A stretch of DNA of 64,000 nucleotides, taken from positions 75,208 through 139,207 of the forward strand of contig JBFXAH010000011.1 in the NCBI GenBank assembly GCA_050184475.1, given 5' to 3'. The position numbers and the translations under genes were made by a program. Position 1 is the first letter of the stretch, and the number at the start of each line of letters is the position of its first letter. The notes below the pieces were generated by a model. It was not told the origin of the DNA, did no database searches, and saw only the letters and a program-made list of their open reading frames with translations. Shown piece after piece: positions 51,781-62,893 of this stretch. Source of the DNA: Pirellulales bacterium. GTDB taxonomy: Bacteria > Planctomycetota > Planctomycetia > Pirellulales > JAEUIK01.

Positions 51781-51976
51781 GGGGTGTTGGCCGGTTTGCA
51801 GTAAGTCGTGGTCGACCCGATGCCGCCGGGGGGGAACGGCCTGCCTCGCACCGAAGTGGTTGCAATTCGCCCCCCCGAACTGGCTTTCGCGCAGCCGCAC
51901 CTCACGGGCAATCGGTATGCCGGCAATTGCCGATCGAAAACGCCGCCTGACGAAGCCTGCGGAATTCCCGGGCCTG

Positions 51977-52006
51977 TTCACCAACTCCTTGACCACAACC
52001 TATAAT
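51977..52006 (+). promoter_or_regulatory. weak sigma70-type promoter candidate TTCACC-N18-TATAAT
   Basis: Perfect TATAAT at 52001..52006 with TTCACC at 51977..51982. It lies in the pfk/metallopeptidase divergent spacer, ~185 nt upstream of the ATG at 52193. Confidence 0.3.
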
Positions 52007-52192
52007 TTCGCAAGCGTTTGCGCGCCGGCGCCACGAGCGGCACTGTGCGGCGAAACTTGTGACCGCGATGGCCGCGGGCGGACGACTGGCACGAGGAGTG
52101 CCTATACGCGCGGCACGGCGTGGCCGCGTCGTTCGCAGTATTCGAGTTACATCCCCACACATCCTCCAGCAACCAACCCTCGAGTCCGATCG

Positions 52193-53383
52193 ATGAAGAC
52201 GTATCGTTGCACCTGCGGTCAGACGCTCTTCTACGAGAACAGCCTTTGCCTGTCGTGTGGGTCGGAATTGGGCTTCTGCCCGACCTGCCGGAATATCGTC
52301 GCGCTGCAGCCGACGGGCGATGGTCAGTTCCGTTGCGGCAACGACAAGTGCGGCGCTACGTTGGCGAAATGCGCCAACTACGTGGAGCACAACGTTTGCA
52401 ATCGCTGCGTCGCGGTCCCCAGCAGCGAGCCACTTTGCGACTGCTGCCGGTTCAACGACACGATTCCCGACCTGACCGTGCCGGGGAACAAGGAAAAGTG
52501 GTATCGGCTCGAAATGGCCAAGCGGCGGCTGTTTTACGGACTGGCCGAGTTGGGTTTGCCCTATGGAACCGAGGCCGACGGCATCGAGCCGCCGTTGCGG
52601 TTCGACTTTAAGGCCGACGTCATTCCGCAGTACCTCTTCTGGCGCCCCGTCGGCAAGGGAGAACGCGTCTACACGGGGCATGCCGCCGGACGCATCACGA
52701 TCAACGTCCGCGAAGTCGACGACGTCGAGCGCGAAAAGCTGCGCGTCGATTTAGGCGAAGCGCAGCGCACCCTGATCGGCCACTTCCGGCACGAGATCGG
52801 CCATTTCTACTGGGACGTGCTGGTCAAAGGTCGCCGCGAGGCGGAGTGCATCGCCGTCTTCGGAGACCACAACAACCCGACCTACTCCGAGGCGCTGGAG
52901 ACGTACTACAAGAATGGCCCCGCCCCCAACTGGGCACAGAACTACATTAGCGGCTACGCCACGATGCACCCCTGGGAAGATTTCGCCGAGACCTGGGCCG
53001 CGTACCTCGACATGGCCAACGTGCTCGAAACGGCCGAACACGCCGGCTTCGGCGGCGCGACCCGCATTGTTTACGGCGACATCGATCCGATGATCGAGCG
53101 CTATCAGGAGCTCGGCATCGCGCTCAACGAGTTCAACCGCGGGATGGGGCTCCTGGACGTCGTCCCCGAGGTGTTCGTCCCCGCGGTGGTCGACAAGCTG
53201 CGGTTCATTCACAAGCTGGTGCGGCTGGGCCGGGGCGAGAACCGAGCGATCTACCCCGACGGCCCGCCGCCCGCGCTGGTCGAGCCGTCGGAGAGTAGTT
53301 CGCCCATGAGCCAGTCGCAATCGACAACCATGGCCACGCAGACCTCGGCGTCACCCGAGGCCGCGACGGCTGCGGCTACTTGA
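52193..53383 (+). CDS. zinc-ribbon + putative zinc metallopeptidase (HExxH) protein
   Basis: ORF trimmed to the ATG at 52193. The N-terminus has multiple CxxC pairs ([29 protein letters not shown]...). HExxH in [14 protein letters not shown]. Resembles the zinc_ribbon/Peptidase_Mx-type family. Confidence 0.7.
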   Translation: MKTYRCTCGQTLFYENSLCLSCGSELGFCPTCRNIVALQPTGDGQFRCGNDKCGATLAKCANYVEHNVCNRCVAVPSSEPLCDCCRFNDTIPDLTVPGNKEKWYRLEMAKRRLFYGLAELGLPYGTEADGIEPPLRFDFKADVIPQYLFWRPVGKGERVYTGHAAGRITINVREVDDVEREKLRVDLGEAQRTLIGHFRHEIGHFYWDVLVKGRREAECIAVFGDHNNPTYSEALETYYKNGPAPNWAQNYISGYATMHPWEDFAETWAAYLDMANVLETAEHAGFGGATRIVYGDIDPMIERYQELGIALNEFNRGMGLLDVVPEVFVPAVVDKLRFIHKLVRLGRGENRAIYPDGPPPALVEPSESSSPMSQSQSTTMATQTSASPEAATAAAT

Positions 53384-55628
53384 TGAACAGCATTTCCTGG
53401 TAGGTCGGCAACGGCCAGATGTCGTCGGCGACCATGCCTTCGAGCTCGTCGGCGTACTTGCGCACCTCGGCCATGGCCGGCACGACTTCGTCGCAGAAAT
53501 GCCGGGCCTCGGCTTCCAGACTATCGGCGTCGTGGTGCACCAGCGTTTTGTCGAGCACGGCGACGCTGTCTTGCAGGTTCTTCACCAACTCGGTCAGTTT
53601 GTCGAGCGTGTCGGTGTCGAACTCGTAGCCCACCAGCTTGAGGTTCGCGCAGGTCGAGGCCAGCTCGTTCTGGTAGCGAATCGCCGCCGGGAAGATCAGC
53701 GTCCGCGCCATTTCCAAGGTCTGCAGCCCCTCGACGCGCACCGTCTTGCAGTACTGCTCGAGGTAAATGTCCAACCGGCTTTGCAGCTCGCGGGTTGAGA
53801 GCACCTCGTATTTGGAGAACAGCGCGTTGACTTCGGGCTGGGCCAGCATCGGCAAGGCGTCGGTCGTCGTCTTCAGGTTCAAAAGTCCACGATCGGCGGC
53901 CTCTTTGTGCCAGGCGGCCGAGTAGCCGTCGCCATTGAAGATGATCGGCTCGCACTCGTTGATGATCTCGGTCAGCAACTTCTGCACGGCCGCGTGCAAG
54001 TTGTCGGGCTTGCCGGCGACTGCCTTCTCGAGCTGCGTCGCACAATAATCTAGCGATTCGCAGATGATCGTGTTCATGGCCACGAGCGGACCGGCGATCG
54101 ACTGGTTCGACCCCACGGCCCGGAACTCGAACCGGTTGCCGGTGAAGGCGAACGGGCTGGTGCGGTTGCGGTCGCCGGCATCCTTGGGCAGCGGCGGCAG
54201 CACGTCGACGCCGACCGTCATCATTCCCTTGCTGAGCGACGAGTTGGCGCCACCCTTCTTGATCTGCTGGAAGACGTCGGTCAATTGATCGCCGAGGAAG
54301 ATCGAGATGATCGCCGGTGGCGCCTCGTTGGCCCCCAGACGATGGTCGTTGCCGGCCGTCGCCACGACCGCTCGCAACAGCCCCTGGAATTTGTAAACCG
54401 CCCGAATCACCGCCGCGCAGAAGACCAGGAACTGGGCATTCGTGTGAGGCGTGTCGCCCGGGTCGAGCAGGTTCCCCTGCGACTTGCTCCCCAGCGACCA
54501 GTTGACGTGCTTGCCCGAACCGTTCACGCCGGCGAACGGCTTTTCGTGGGTGAGGCAAGCCATGCCGTACTTTTCGGCGACGCGCTTGAGCGTGATCATC
54601 ACCAACTGCTGGTGGTCGGTCGCCAGGTTGGCCGACTCGAACACCGGGGCAATCTCGTACTGGCCCGGCGCCACCTCATTGTGCCGCGTCTTCACCGGAA
54701 TGCCGAGCTTGTAAAGGTCGCGCTCGACTTCGAGCATGAAGGCCAACACCCTCTCGGGAATCGCGCCGAAGTAGTGATCCTCGAACTCCTGCCCCTTCGG
54801 CGGCTTGGCGCCAAACAGCGTGCGGCCGCACGTGAACAGGTCGGGGCGCGAGAAGTAGAAGTGCCGATCGACGAGGAAGTACTCCTGCTCGGGGCCGGCG
54901 GTCGAGGCGACGAACGCGTCGTCGTCGTGCCCAAACAACTTGAGAATCCGGTGCGCCTGCTTGTTCAAGGCTTGCATCGAACGCAGCACGGGCGTCTTCT
55001 TGTCGAGCGCTTCGCCCGTCCACGACACGAACGCCGTGGGAATGCAGAGCGTGGTACCGTTGGGGTTTTCGAGAATGTAGGCCGGGCTGGTCACGTCCCA
55101 GATGGTGTAACCGCGGGCTTCGAAGGTCGCGCGGATGCCACCGGTCGGAAAGCTCGAGCCGTCGGGTTCGCCCTGGATGAGTTGCTTGCCGCTGAATTCG
55201 GCGATCGCCCCTCCGTCGCCGTCGGGCGAGAGAAAGCTGTCGTGCTTTTCGGCCGTCAGGCCGGTCAGCGGATAAAAGACGTGTGCGTAGTGCGTGGCCC
55301 CCTTTTCGATGGCCCAATCCTTCATCGCCGAGGCGACGATATCGGCATTCGACGGATCGAGCTTGGCCCCCAATTCGATCGTCTTCATCACCGACTTGTA
55401 GACCGGCTTGGGCAATCGGGCCTTCATCACGGCCGGGCCAAAGACGTTTGCGCTAAACAGTTCGGGAGCCGGCGTTTCATGGAAGTTCAGCGGCGGCGAA
55501 ATCGGCCGCCAGTTGGTCACCGCCGAAATGGCCGCCATGCGGGCCGACATGCTGGTGGGCGTTCCCCGACTTCCACCCGATGCCGCCCCGTTCGTCGATG
55601 TACTACCAGTCGAAAAGCTCGTGCTCAC
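53376..55628 (-). CDS. glnN: glutamine synthetase type III
   Basis: About 730-750 aa. [55 protein letters not shown] and [20 protein letters not shown] are typical of GSIII. The start could be the GTG at 55628 or the ATG at 55550. Confidence 0.9.
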   Translation of the reverse strand: MSTSFSTGSTSTNGAASGGSRGTPTSMSARMAAISAVTNWRPISPPLNFHETPAPELFSANVFGPAVMKARLPKPVYKSVMKTIELGAKLDPSNADIVASAMKDWAIEKGATHYAHVFYPLTGLTAEKHDSFLSPDGDGGAIAEFSGKQLIQGEPDGSSFPTGGIRATFEARGYTIWDVTSPAYILENPNGTTLCIPTAFVSWTGEALDKKTPVLRSMQALNKQAHRILKLFGHDDDAFVASTAGPEQEYFLVDRHFYFSRPDLFTCGRTLFGAKPPKGQEFEDHYFGAIPERVLAFMLEVERDLYKLGIPVKTRHNEVAPGQYEIAPVFESANLATDHQQLVMITLKRVAEKYGMACLTHEKPFAGVNGSGKHVNWSLGSKSQGNLLDPGDTPHTNAQFLVFCAAVIRAVYKFQGLLRAVVATAGNDHRLGANEAPPAIISIFLGDQLTDVFQQIKKGGANSSLSKGMMTVGVDVLPPLPKDAGDRNRTSPFAFTGNRFEFRAVGSNQSIAGPLVAMNTIICESLDYCATQLEKAVAGKPDNLHAAVQKLLTEIINECEPIIFNGDGYSAAWHKEAADRGLLNLKTTTDALPMLAQPEVNALFSKYEVLSTRELQSRLDIYLEQYCKTVRVEGLQTLEMARTLIFPAAIRYQNELASTCANLKLVGYEFDTDTLDKLTELVKNLQDSVAVLDKTLVHHDADSLEAEARHFCDEVVPAMAEVRKYADELEGMVADDIWPLPTYQEMLFIK

Positions 55629-56218
55629 GGTGTTTCCCTCGCTTCAACAAAAGACCTGTAAAAGGCTCGAACTCGACCCCCAGGACAGGGGCCCAAGGCA
55701 GGCGTGACTCTGTCGGCCGTTGCCCACACGAATGCGCAAAAGATGGTGCCCCCCCTGAGAGCAACCGCCGTGCCGCTTAACACAGCAAGCTGCGAGATAT
55801 TGCGGCAAGCTGCCAGGCGCTGCCCAAAACGGCCACGATTCGGCAGAAAATCCTTGTCGGGCAAATCGCCATAATCGCCAGAACGTTCGGCCGCCTGTCG
55901 CAAGTTTGTGCGATGGCTGCTGAACAGCGGGGCAGCAGGCCGCCGACGAGCGAGGCCATTGCCGTCCCCCGTACGGCCCGGTCGCACGCTGGAGGGTTCT
56001 TGTGCCGATGCCGCGCGGAATGCGGTTCGGCACTCGCGTTCGGCCGATTGCCGCCCGCGCCTCTGCGGCCTACTCCGGAGACGTACACCGGCCGCTTACC
56101 CTCAGCCAAATTGCGCTCGACGGGGGGTAGGGGTGCGAGATTTGCACCGCGGGAGGCTCCGCGCCGCGGCAAACTTCGCCGCGGCCCCCCCGCTGCGCTT
56201 GCCGGCTTCCGACCGTCT

Positions 56219-57265
56219 ATGAACAGCTCCTGGCGCCGAATCATCATCGGTGGCATCTTCTTCGGGCTGACCTGCCTGACGGCCATCGGCGGCTACATGG
56301 CCGCCGGCTGGCACATGCTCGACGCGATTTACATGGTGGTGATCACCGTCTTCGGCGTCGGCTACGGCGAAACCAAGCCGCTCGACAGCCCCGCCCTGAA
56401 GATCTTCACCATGAGTGTGATCGTGGCCGGCTGTTCGTCGGCCATTTATGTCGTCGGCGGCTTCGTCCAAATGATCGCCGAAGGGGAAATCAACCGAGTT
56501 CTGGGGACCCGCCGTATGTCCAAAGGCATCGAACAACTCAAGGGGCACGCTTTGGTTTGCGGGTACGGCCGCGTGGGGCAAATGCTGGCTCACGATCTGC
56601 ACGCCGCCGAGTTCCCGTTTGTCGTCATCGACGCCAACGAAGAGCGGGTGCAGCGCGCCCAAGCGGCAGGGTACCTGTCGGTGCTGGGCAGCGCTTCGGA
56701 GGAGGCGATCCTCGAAGCAGCCGGCATCGCGCGCGCCCGCGTGTTGGCCGCGGTGCTCCCCGATGATTCGGCCAACGTGTTCGTCACGCTCACGGCGCGC
56801 GAACTGAATCACTCGATCGAGATCATCGCCCGCGCCGAGTTGCCCTCGACCGAGAAGAAGCTGCGCCGCTCGGGCGCCACGCGCGTCGTAATGCCGGCTT
56901 TAATCGGCGCGACCAAGATGGCCAACATGATCGTCCGTCCCTCGGCCGAAGAGCTGCTGCTCGATGCCACGGGCAAGTCGCTGTTGCACGAAGAGCTCCG
57001 CGCGATCGGGCTGACCATGACCGAGGTCGACTTGCCCGCCAGCTCGCCGCTGGCTGGCGAGTCGGTCGCCAACATCGAACTCGGCGGGGGCTTCGTCATC
57101 GTCGGCATCAAGAAGCCCGACGGTTCGTTTTTGCAGCATCCCAGCCCCGAAACGCCGCTGGCGGCCGGCGACGTCGTGTTGATTCTCGGACACGAAGAAG
57201 CGGTGCCGCAACTGGCGCGGCGGGCCAGACCGCAATCGATGAAGTACCGCGGCGCCACGGTCTGA
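56219..57265 (+). CDS. potassium channel with RCK (TrkA-N/TrkA-C) domains
   Basis: ORF trimmed to the ATG at 56219. 2-TM pore with selectivity-filter-like ITVFGVGYGE. Rossmann-type HALVCGYGRVGQ. C-terminal TrkA-C-like segment. Confidence 0.8.
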   Translation: MNSSWRRIIIGGIFFGLTCLTAIGGYMAAGWHMLDAIYMVVITVFGVGYGETKPLDSPALKIFTMSVIVAGCSSAIYVVGGFVQMIAEGEINRVLGTRRMSKGIEQLKGHALVCGYGRVGQMLAHDLHAAEFPFVVIDANEERVQRAQAAGYLSVLGSASEEAILEAAGIARARVLAAVLPDDSANVFVTLTARELNHSIEIIARAELPSTEKKLRRSGATRVVMPALIGATKMANMIVRPSAEELLLDATGKSLLHEELRAIGLTMTEVDLPASSPLAGESVANIELGGGFVIVGIKKPDGSFLQHPSPETPLAAGDVVLILGHEEAVPQLARRARPQSMKYRGATV

Positions 57266-57395
57266 GCCAAGCGCGCGAGCACTAGCACGACGACGTCCCT
57301 TCATGACCGGCCTCGCGAGGGGAGCCTCTGGCGAATCGGCCCAGCACCGCGTAAGCTGCCGGCTTACCTGTCGCCATCGTGAAGGAGAGCGCGTG

Positions 57396-57659
57396 ATGAA
57401 CAAGGACGAAATCCTCAAGAAGCTGGCCGCCGGCGAGTTGGCCGTCGACGAAGCCTCGAAGCTGCTGGCCGAGGTCGAGCAGCCCAAGCGCGGTCAGCTC
57501 TACTGCAAAGTGAGCGAGAAGGGGGCCGTCAGCGTCTACGGCCTGCAGCGGATGCCTGTGACGCTGTACGTCGAGCAATGGGAACGGCTGCTGGACTTTG
57601 GCGATCAGGTCCGCGCGTTCCTCAAGGAGAACGACGCCAAGCTGAAGCGGAAGGAGTAG
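57396..57659 (+). CDS. hypothetical 87-aa protein with SHOCT-like/LiaX-N-like N-terminal helix
   Basis: The ATG at 57396 is preceded by GAAGGAGAG. DEILKKLAAGELAVDEASKLL resembles the ILKMLEEGKISxEEAxxLL motif. Confidence 0.5.
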   Translation: MNKDEILKKLAAGELAVDEASKLLAEVEQPKRGQLYCKVSEKGAVSVYGLQRMPVTLYVEQWERLLDFGDQVRAFLKENDAKLKRKE

Positions 57660-57788
57660 GGGCGATACTCACGGTGTACAAACTGCGTGCCATGACCACG
57701 CTCGACGCGCTTTGTCGCGAGTATGACCCGAGTCCGTCCGATATCGCCACGCAGAGCATGTCGGAAGCCATGCGCCGTATCGAACACG

Positions 57789-57818
57789 GCACTGCTGGAC
57801 AAGCCAGCAGTGGCACCC
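57789..57818 (+). repeat. REP-like 30-bp palindromic element, copy D (identical to copy C)
   Basis: gcactgctggacaagccagcagtggcaccc. It lies in the convergent spacer between the 87-aa ORF and the FAD oxidoreductase. Confidence 0.9.
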
Positions 57819-57863
57819 AAATCAGACCTGAGGACGTCGCACGCATGCTCGATCACCGCAGCG

Positions 57864-59123
57864 TCACGCTTTCAAGCCCGCCAGCCAGCCGGTGCTGAAG
57901 GCCGCCTGAAAGTTGTAGCCGCCGATCGGACCGTCGAGATCGAGCACTTCGCCCGCCAAGTACAGGCCTGGCACCAGGCGACTTTCCATGGTGCGCGAAT
58001 CAACCTCGTCGAGCGGAATGCCGCCGGCGGTAACTTCGGCCTTGCCGAAACCGCGTGTGCCGCTCAGTGGGATCGTCGCCTGCTTGATCGCCCGCACCAG
58101 CGCCGCCCGCCCGGCTTTGCTCAATTCGGCTGCCTTCTGCTCCGGGTCGAGTGCGGCCAACTGCACGAGCGCCTCGGCCAGGCGACGCGGAATCTCGCCC
58201 GGCACCAGGGCCAGCACGTGCCGCTTGCCCGCGGCCGCCGCGGCTTGCTTGAGCAACTCGTCGAGCGCCGCTTCCTTGACGCCCGGCAAGAAATCGCACG
58301 CCAGGCTCAACGACTGCGGTCGCGCGTGCCCACTTACGAACCGGCTGATGTCGAGCGCCACCGGTCCCGACAAGCCGAAGTGCGCGAACAGCAGCGAACC
58401 GCGCCGCTCGTCGAGCACTCGAGGCTTGTCTCCGGGCTCGACGAGCCGCAGCGTGACGTCGGGCACCGTCACGCCGCGCAGCGATGGCACCCACGCGGCC
58501 GCGGTGGTCAGCGGCACCAGCGCCGGCCGCGGCGGCACCAACGAGTGCCCGAGCGAAGTCGCCCAGCGATAACCGTCGCCCGTGGTTCCGCTGCCGGGAT
58601 ACGACTGCCCGCCGGTCGTCAGCACGACGTGTTCCGCCCGCAACGTGCGCCGCGACGTGACAAGTCGAAAGCCTGGCTCCTCGTCGCGCGTCAGCTCGAC
58701 GAGCGGCTCTTCTCGCGACAGCTCGCAAGTGGTGCGCGACAGCCGAGCCAAGAAAGCAGCCAACACGTCGGTCGCGCGATCGCTGACCGGAAAAATCTTG
58801 CCGGTCTCCTCGACTTTCGTCGGCACTCCTTCGGCTTCGACCAGCGCGACCAGGTCGGCCGGGCCGAGCGCTGCCAAGGCCGAATGCAGGAACGGACCGG
58901 GCGGACCATAAGCGGCGACGATCCCGCGCGCATCGGTGGCCTGGGTGAGATTGCAGCGCGTTCCGCCCGACATCAGGATTTTGACGCCGGCCTTGCGGTT
59001 TTTTTCCAAGAGGAGCGTGCGCCGGCCGCGCGCGGCGGCGCGTTCGGCGGCAACGAGGCCGGCCGCGCCGGCCCCCACGACGACCACGTCCCAGGATGGC
59101 AGCGCTTCGTCAGTGTTGGACAA
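57864..59123 (-). CDS. HI0933/BaiN-like NAD(P)/FAD-dependent oxidoreductase
   Basis: WDVVVVGAGAAGLVAAERAAARGRRTLLLEKNRKAGVKILMSGGTRCN at the N-terminus and GLYLAGEVLDLDGPIGGYNFQAAFSTGWLAG at the C-terminus. There is no in-frame ATG. The TTG at 59123 is proposed as the start, so the start is uncertain. Confidence 0.8.
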   Translation of the reverse strand: MSNTDEALPSWDVVVVGAGAAGLVAAERAAARGRRTLLLEKNRKAGVKILMSGGTRCNLTQATDARGIVAAYGPPGPFLHSALAALGPADLVALVEAEGVPTKVEETGKIFPVSDRATDVLAAFLARLSRTTCELSREEPLVELTRDEEPGFRLVTSRRTLRAEHVVLTTGGQSYPGSGTTGDGYRWATSLGHSLVPPRPALVPLTTAAAWVPSLRGVTVPDVTLRLVEPGDKPRVLDERRGSLLFAHFGLSGPVALDISRFVSGHARPQSLSLACDFLPGVKEAALDELLKQAAAAAGKRHVLALVPGEIPRRLAEALVQLAALDPEQKAAELSKAGRAALVRAIKQATIPLSGTRGFGKAEVTAGGIPLDEVDSRTMESRLVPGLYLAGEVLDLDGPIGGYNFQAAFSTGWLAGLKA

Positions 59124-59242
59124 CGGCAGCTCGGCTGGCAGAGGGGGACAGGAGTCGATACCGATCCGCGCTTCAACTGTGCTCGCGCGACGGTCCTCGG
59201 AATCGACTCCAGTCCCCGTCCCGAGCTTGTCCCGCCTGCCGG

Positions 59243-60541
59243 CTACCCGGCCTCGGCGGCGTGCCAGCCATCGTAGAGCACCGAGTCCTTTTGCACGACG
59301 ACCACGCCGTCGACGACCATCACCGCGCTGTCTTCGGTCGAATCCAGCAGCCGGCGGTCGTTCAGCACCCGCACATTGCGGCCGATGCGGCAATTCTTGT
59401 CGATGATCGCCCCCTCGATGACCGATCCTTCGCCGATACCGATACCCGGCCGCCCGGCGCGGCGATCGGCCTCGATATCCTCGGGCGTCTGGAATTCGTC
59501 GGCCCCCATCAGGATCGAATCGCGAATCGTCACGCCGCGGCCGATCCGGCAACGCAGACCGATGATGCTGTTTTCGATCACCGTGCCGCTGTCGATCTGG
59601 CAGCCGTCGGAGATCAAGCTCCGCTTGATCGTGGCCCCTTCGATCTTGGCCGGCGGCAGAAACCTCGCCCGCGTGTAGACCTGCTGATCGGGCAGGTCGA
59701 GCCGAAATGGCGGATCGGGGGCCGCCAGCGCCAGGTTGGCCTTGTAGAACGAGCCGATCGTGCCGATGTCTTCCCAGTAGCCGTCGAACAAATAGGCCTG
59801 CACGTGCCGCGCGCGGATCGAAGCCGGAAAGACTTCCTTGCCGAAGTCGTGGTAGTCGGTTTTCGTCAGCACGTCGACCAGCGCGCTGCGATTGAACAGG
59901 TAAATGCCCATGCTCGCCAGGCAGTCGCGGCCCCGGCTCTCGATGCCGTGCTCGTCGAGCCAGGCCGGCTCGGTCCGCACGTGGGCCACTTCGGCCGGCG
60001 TCTTGGGCTTTTCGAGAAAACCAATCACCCGCCCCGAGGCGTCGATCCGCATGATCCCCAGCGAGGCCGCTTCCGAGGCGCTGACCGGTAGCGTGGCGAT
60101 CGACACGTCGGCCCCCGAGGCCTGGTGCATCGACAGCATGTGCCGAAAATCCATGTGGTAGAGCTGGTCGCCCGAGAGGATCAGCACATACTCGATCCCC
60201 GGCTGCGTCAGGTAGCGGATGTTCTGCCGCACCGCGTCGGCGGTTCCCTGATACCAGTTGTTCGATTCGAGCGTTTGCTGAGCCGCCAACAGTTCGACGA
60301 AGCCGGCATTGAACGCGTCGAAGTTGTAGGCTCGCCGAATGTGCCGGTGCAGGCTCACCGAATTGAACTGCGTCAGCACGTAGATGTGGTTCAATCCGCA
60401 ATGAATGCAGTTCGACAGCGGAATGTCGATCAGGCGATACTTGCCGGCGACCGGCACGGCCGGCTTCGAGCGGAACTTGGTCAGTGGCAACAGCCGGGTG
60501 CCGCGGCCACCGCCGAGCACCAGCGCCAGACAATTCTTCAT
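59243..60541 (-). CDS. glgC: glucose-1-phosphate adenylyltransferase
   Basis: ALVLGGGRGTRLLPLTKFRSKPAVPVAGKYRLIDIPLSNC plus a C-terminal left-handed beta-helix region. Confidence 0.95.
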   Translation of the reverse strand: MKNCLALVLGGGRGTRLLPLTKFRSKPAVPVAGKYRLIDIPLSNCIHCGLNHIYVLTQFNSVSLHRHIRRAYNFDAFNAGFVELLAAQQTLESNNWYQGTADAVRQNIRYLTQPGIEYVLILSGDQLYHMDFRHMLSMHQASGADVSIATLPVSASEAASLGIMRIDASGRVIGFLEKPKTPAEVAHVRTEPAWLDEHGIESRGRDCLASMGIYLFNRSALVDVLTKTDYHDFGKEVFPASIRARHVQAYLFDGYWEDIGTIGSFYKANLALAAPDPPFRLDLPDQQVYTRARFLPPAKIEGATIKRSLISDGCQIDSGTVIENSIIGLRCRIGRGVTIRDSILMGADEFQTPEDIEADRRAGRPGIGIGEGSVIEGAIIDKNCRIGRNVRVLNDRRLLDSTEDSAVMVVDGVVVVQKDSVLYDGWHAAEAG

Positions 60542-60708
60542 GGATAACCCTCGGCCCCAAGCCGCGAACCGGCTGACGTGAGCAAAGCTCCGTTATCGGC
60601 TATCGACCTGGGCCACGCAAGGCGGGGAAAAGCCGCAGCGTTGGCCCGCAAACTTGGTCGGGGCGCCTATCCCGCCTACGGCCGCAACCTGCTACGATTC
60701 CCCCTAAT

Positions 60709-62295
60709 ATGCCCGAGGAAATCGTCCACGTCGGAAGCGCCAGCAGCCTGGCGGCGATCGATCTCGCCATCATCGTCGTCTACATGATCGGCATGCAGTT
60801 AGTCGGCATGTTCTATGCCCGCTACGTTCATTCGGCGGGCGACTTCTTCCTGGCCGGTCGGGCCCTGCCGTTCTGGGCGGTCGGCGTGTCGATCGTGGCC
60901 AGCGACATCGGCGCCATCGACCTGATCACCGGCTCGGGCGCCGCCTATCAGCATGGCGTGGCGCAGGCCAACTTCGACTGGCTCGGCTCGGTGCCGGCCG
61001 TGTTGCTGGCGGCGTTCATCTTTCTGCCCTACTACTGGCGGGCCGGGGTTTACACGATCCCCGAGTTTCTCGGTCGCCGCTACAACGCCGGCGTGCAATG
61101 GCTGCAGGCCTTAATCTGGCTGGCGTTCATGGGGGTCAACGTCGCGCTAATGCTCTGGACGTCGGCGGTGATTCTGCAAACCGTGCTCGGCTGGAGTCCA
61201 GAATTCGCGATCGCCGTGACCGCGATTCTCGTCGGCCTCTACACGGTGACCGGCGGCCTGGCCGCCGTGGTAATGACCGATGTGCTGCAAGTCGTGGTGA
61301 TGTTCGTCGGCGCCGGCGCGCTGACGGTGCTCAGCGTGTGGGATGCCGGCGGCTGGTCGCACATGAGCCAGACGATTCTGAACCAGCCCGATACGACACA
61401 GAACTTCTTCACCTTGCTGGTGCCGCACGGCGAGGCGACGCCCTACCCCTGGACCGGCATCGTGTTCGGGCTGGGGATCGTGATGTCGACCGCGTACTTC
61501 GTCGGCAATCAGGCCATTTTGCAACGCGCGCTGGGAGCACGCAGCGAGTGGGACGCCAAGGCCGGCATGATCGTCGCCGGCTTCCTGAAGTTGCTGATCC
61601 CGATGTTGATGTTCGTGCCGGGGATCGCCGCGCGGGCTCTCTACCCCGATCTGGACAAGCCCGACAGCGCCGTGCCGACCTTGGTGCGCGACTTGATGCC
61701 GGCCGGCTTACGGGGATTGATGTTTGCCGCGTTCTTCGCCGCTCTGATGTCGAGCGTCGATTCGTATCTCAACTCGTGGACCACGGTCTTCATCTCGGAT
61801 CTGTACAGCAAACTGCATCGCGCGCTGGCCGGGCGGCCGCTGTCGGACCATCGCGCGCTGGTGCTCAGCCGCTGGCTGACGGCCAGCCTGCTCGTGGTGG
61901 CCGCCTTCGTGGCGCCGGTGATCGAACGGTTCGAAACAATCTACGTCGCCCTGCAAACCATGCTGTCGTTCTTTCAAGGTCCGACGTTGGCCATCTTGCT
62001 GCTGGGCATTCTCTGGCGGCGCGCGACCGGTTGGGGGGGGCTCATCGGTCTCCTCTGCGGCGTCACCATGACGATGGGGCTCTCCTGGCTGGGGGGGGAC
62101 GTCTTCCCGACCGAGGATCCGTTTTTATTCGTTTCCTTTTGGTCGTTCTGGTTTACGTTGGCCGTGACCGTCGTGGCCAGCCTGCTGACGCGACCCGAGC
62201 CGCCCGAAAAGCTCCGCGGGCTGGTCTACGGCGACGTGCTGCGCGACCCGACCGCCCAGGCGCTGCTGGCCGAAAGGATGCCCAACCATGGCTGA
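60709..62295 (+). CDS. sodium:solute symporter (SSS) family transporter
   Basis: 528 aa, about 13-14 TM. DFFLAGRALPFWAVGVSIVASDIGA and GLRGLMFAAFFAALMSSVDSYLNS are typical of the SSS family. Confidence 0.9.
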   Translation: MPEEIVHVGSASSLAAIDLAIIVVYMIGMQLVGMFYARYVHSAGDFFLAGRALPFWAVGVSIVASDIGAIDLITGSGAAYQHGVAQANFDWLGSVPAVLLAAFIFLPYYWRAGVYTIPEFLGRRYNAGVQWLQALIWLAFMGVNVALMLWTSAVILQTVLGWSPEFAIAVTAILVGLYTVTGGLAAVVMTDVLQVVVMFVGAGALTVLSVWDAGGWSHMSQTILNQPDTTQNFFTLLVPHGEATPYPWTGIVFGLGIVMSTAYFVGNQAILQRALGARSEWDAKAGMIVAGFLKLLIPMLMFVPGIAARALYPDLDKPDSAVPTLVRDLMPAGLRGLMFAAFFAALMSSVDSYLNSWTTVFISDLYSKLHRALAGRPLSDHRALVLSRWLTASLLVVAAFVAPVIERFETIYVALQTMLSFFQGPTLAILLLGILWRRATGWGGLIGLLCGVTMTMGLSWLGGDVFPTEDPFLFVSFWSFWFTLAVTVVASLLTRPEPPEKLRGLVYGDVLRDPTAQALLAERMPNHG

Positions 62296-62614
62296 ACCAC
62301 TTGAACCCTCGGGCGACATTCAACTCCAGGGAGTTGGCTGGGCCGACCGCATCGAAGAGCTCCGGCTCTCGATCGCCGCGCCGCTGCGCGCCTTGAATCA
62401 ACCGCTCGACGACTGGCTCGACAGCCTGCCGATGTGGGTCGCCCAACTGTGCGCGATCGGGCTGTTCGTCGTGGCCGGGCTGTGGGTGTTGACGTTGTCG
62501 CGCGACTTCGTGTTTCTCGGCGCGACCAGCCGTTCGCGATGGCGCGATTTACGCATCTGGTCGATCGCGTTGTTGTTGCCCTACATCGCGGTTTATTGGT
62601 GGTTGGGTAGGTAG
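62288..62614 (+). CDS. hypothetical small membrane protein coupled to the SSS transporter
   Basis: The ATG at 62288 overlaps the symporter's end by 8 nt. Two hydrophobic helices. Small accessory subunits downstream of SSS genes are known in other families, but I recognise no homology here. Confidence 0.5.
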   Translation: MAEPLEPSGDIQLQGVGWADRIEELRLSIAAPLRALNQPLDDWLDSLPMWVAQLCAIGLFVVAGLWVLTLSRDFVFLGATSRSRWRDLRIWSIALLLPYIAVYWWLGR

Positions 62615-62620
62615 CTGCTG

Positions 62621-62893
62621 ATGAGCCAAACTGACTATCGCCAGCGCGATGCGGCATCGTACCTGATGCTCGGCGCTTTCTTCGCCGTGATGGGGACGCT
62701 GGTCTTGATCGGCACTTTCTGGACGCTCGAGCGGATGCACGCAATGGTCGTCAACCTCGTGGCGGGTTTGATTCTGTTGGCAGCCGGAGTGGCGATGCTC
62801 GCGTTGGGAGTTCGCGTCCGCCGAGGCGTGGCGCACGTCGACGCTGCCAGCCCGCCCGGCAGTGACCGAGCCGCCAACGACAGGCAACCATGA
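62621..62893 (+). CDS. hypothetical 2-TM membrane protein
   Basis: ORF 62621..62893, with YLMLGAFFAVMGTLVLIGTFW and VVNLVAGLILLAAGVAMLALG. Its stop overlaps the next ATG (ATGA). Confidence 0.45.
   Translation: MSQTDYRQRDAASYLMLGAFFAVMGTLVLIGTFWTLERMHAMVVNLVAGLILLAAGVAMLALGVRVRRGVAHVDAASPPGSDRAANDRQP

Noticed and set aside
51921-51932. A perfect 12-bp palindrome, CGGCAATTGCCG, in the pfk/metallopeptidase spacer. Also a 9-bp inverted repeat GGAGTCGAT...ATCGACTCC at 59151..59210.
   Set aside because: About 15 perfect 12-bp palindromes are expected by chance in 64 kb (1/4096 per position). Neither site recurs in the window, so there is no evidence of function.
55734-55752. A sigma54-like promoter upstream of glnN (minus strand GGCACC-ATCTT-TTGC).
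   Set aside because: The GG-to-GC spacing is 11 nt instead of the required 10, and the -24 box lacks the leading T. Sigma54 promoters do not tolerate this spacing change.
59124-60560. The N-terminal 480 aa of the 898-aa track ORF (57864..60560), which would fuse the FAD oxidoreductase to a huge extension over glgC.
   Set aside because: The extension lies in a different frame from the well-supported glgC gene, and its translation is Arg/Gly/Pro-rich nonsense. The dinucleotide-binding motif (VVVVGAGAAG) marks the true N-terminus near 59123.
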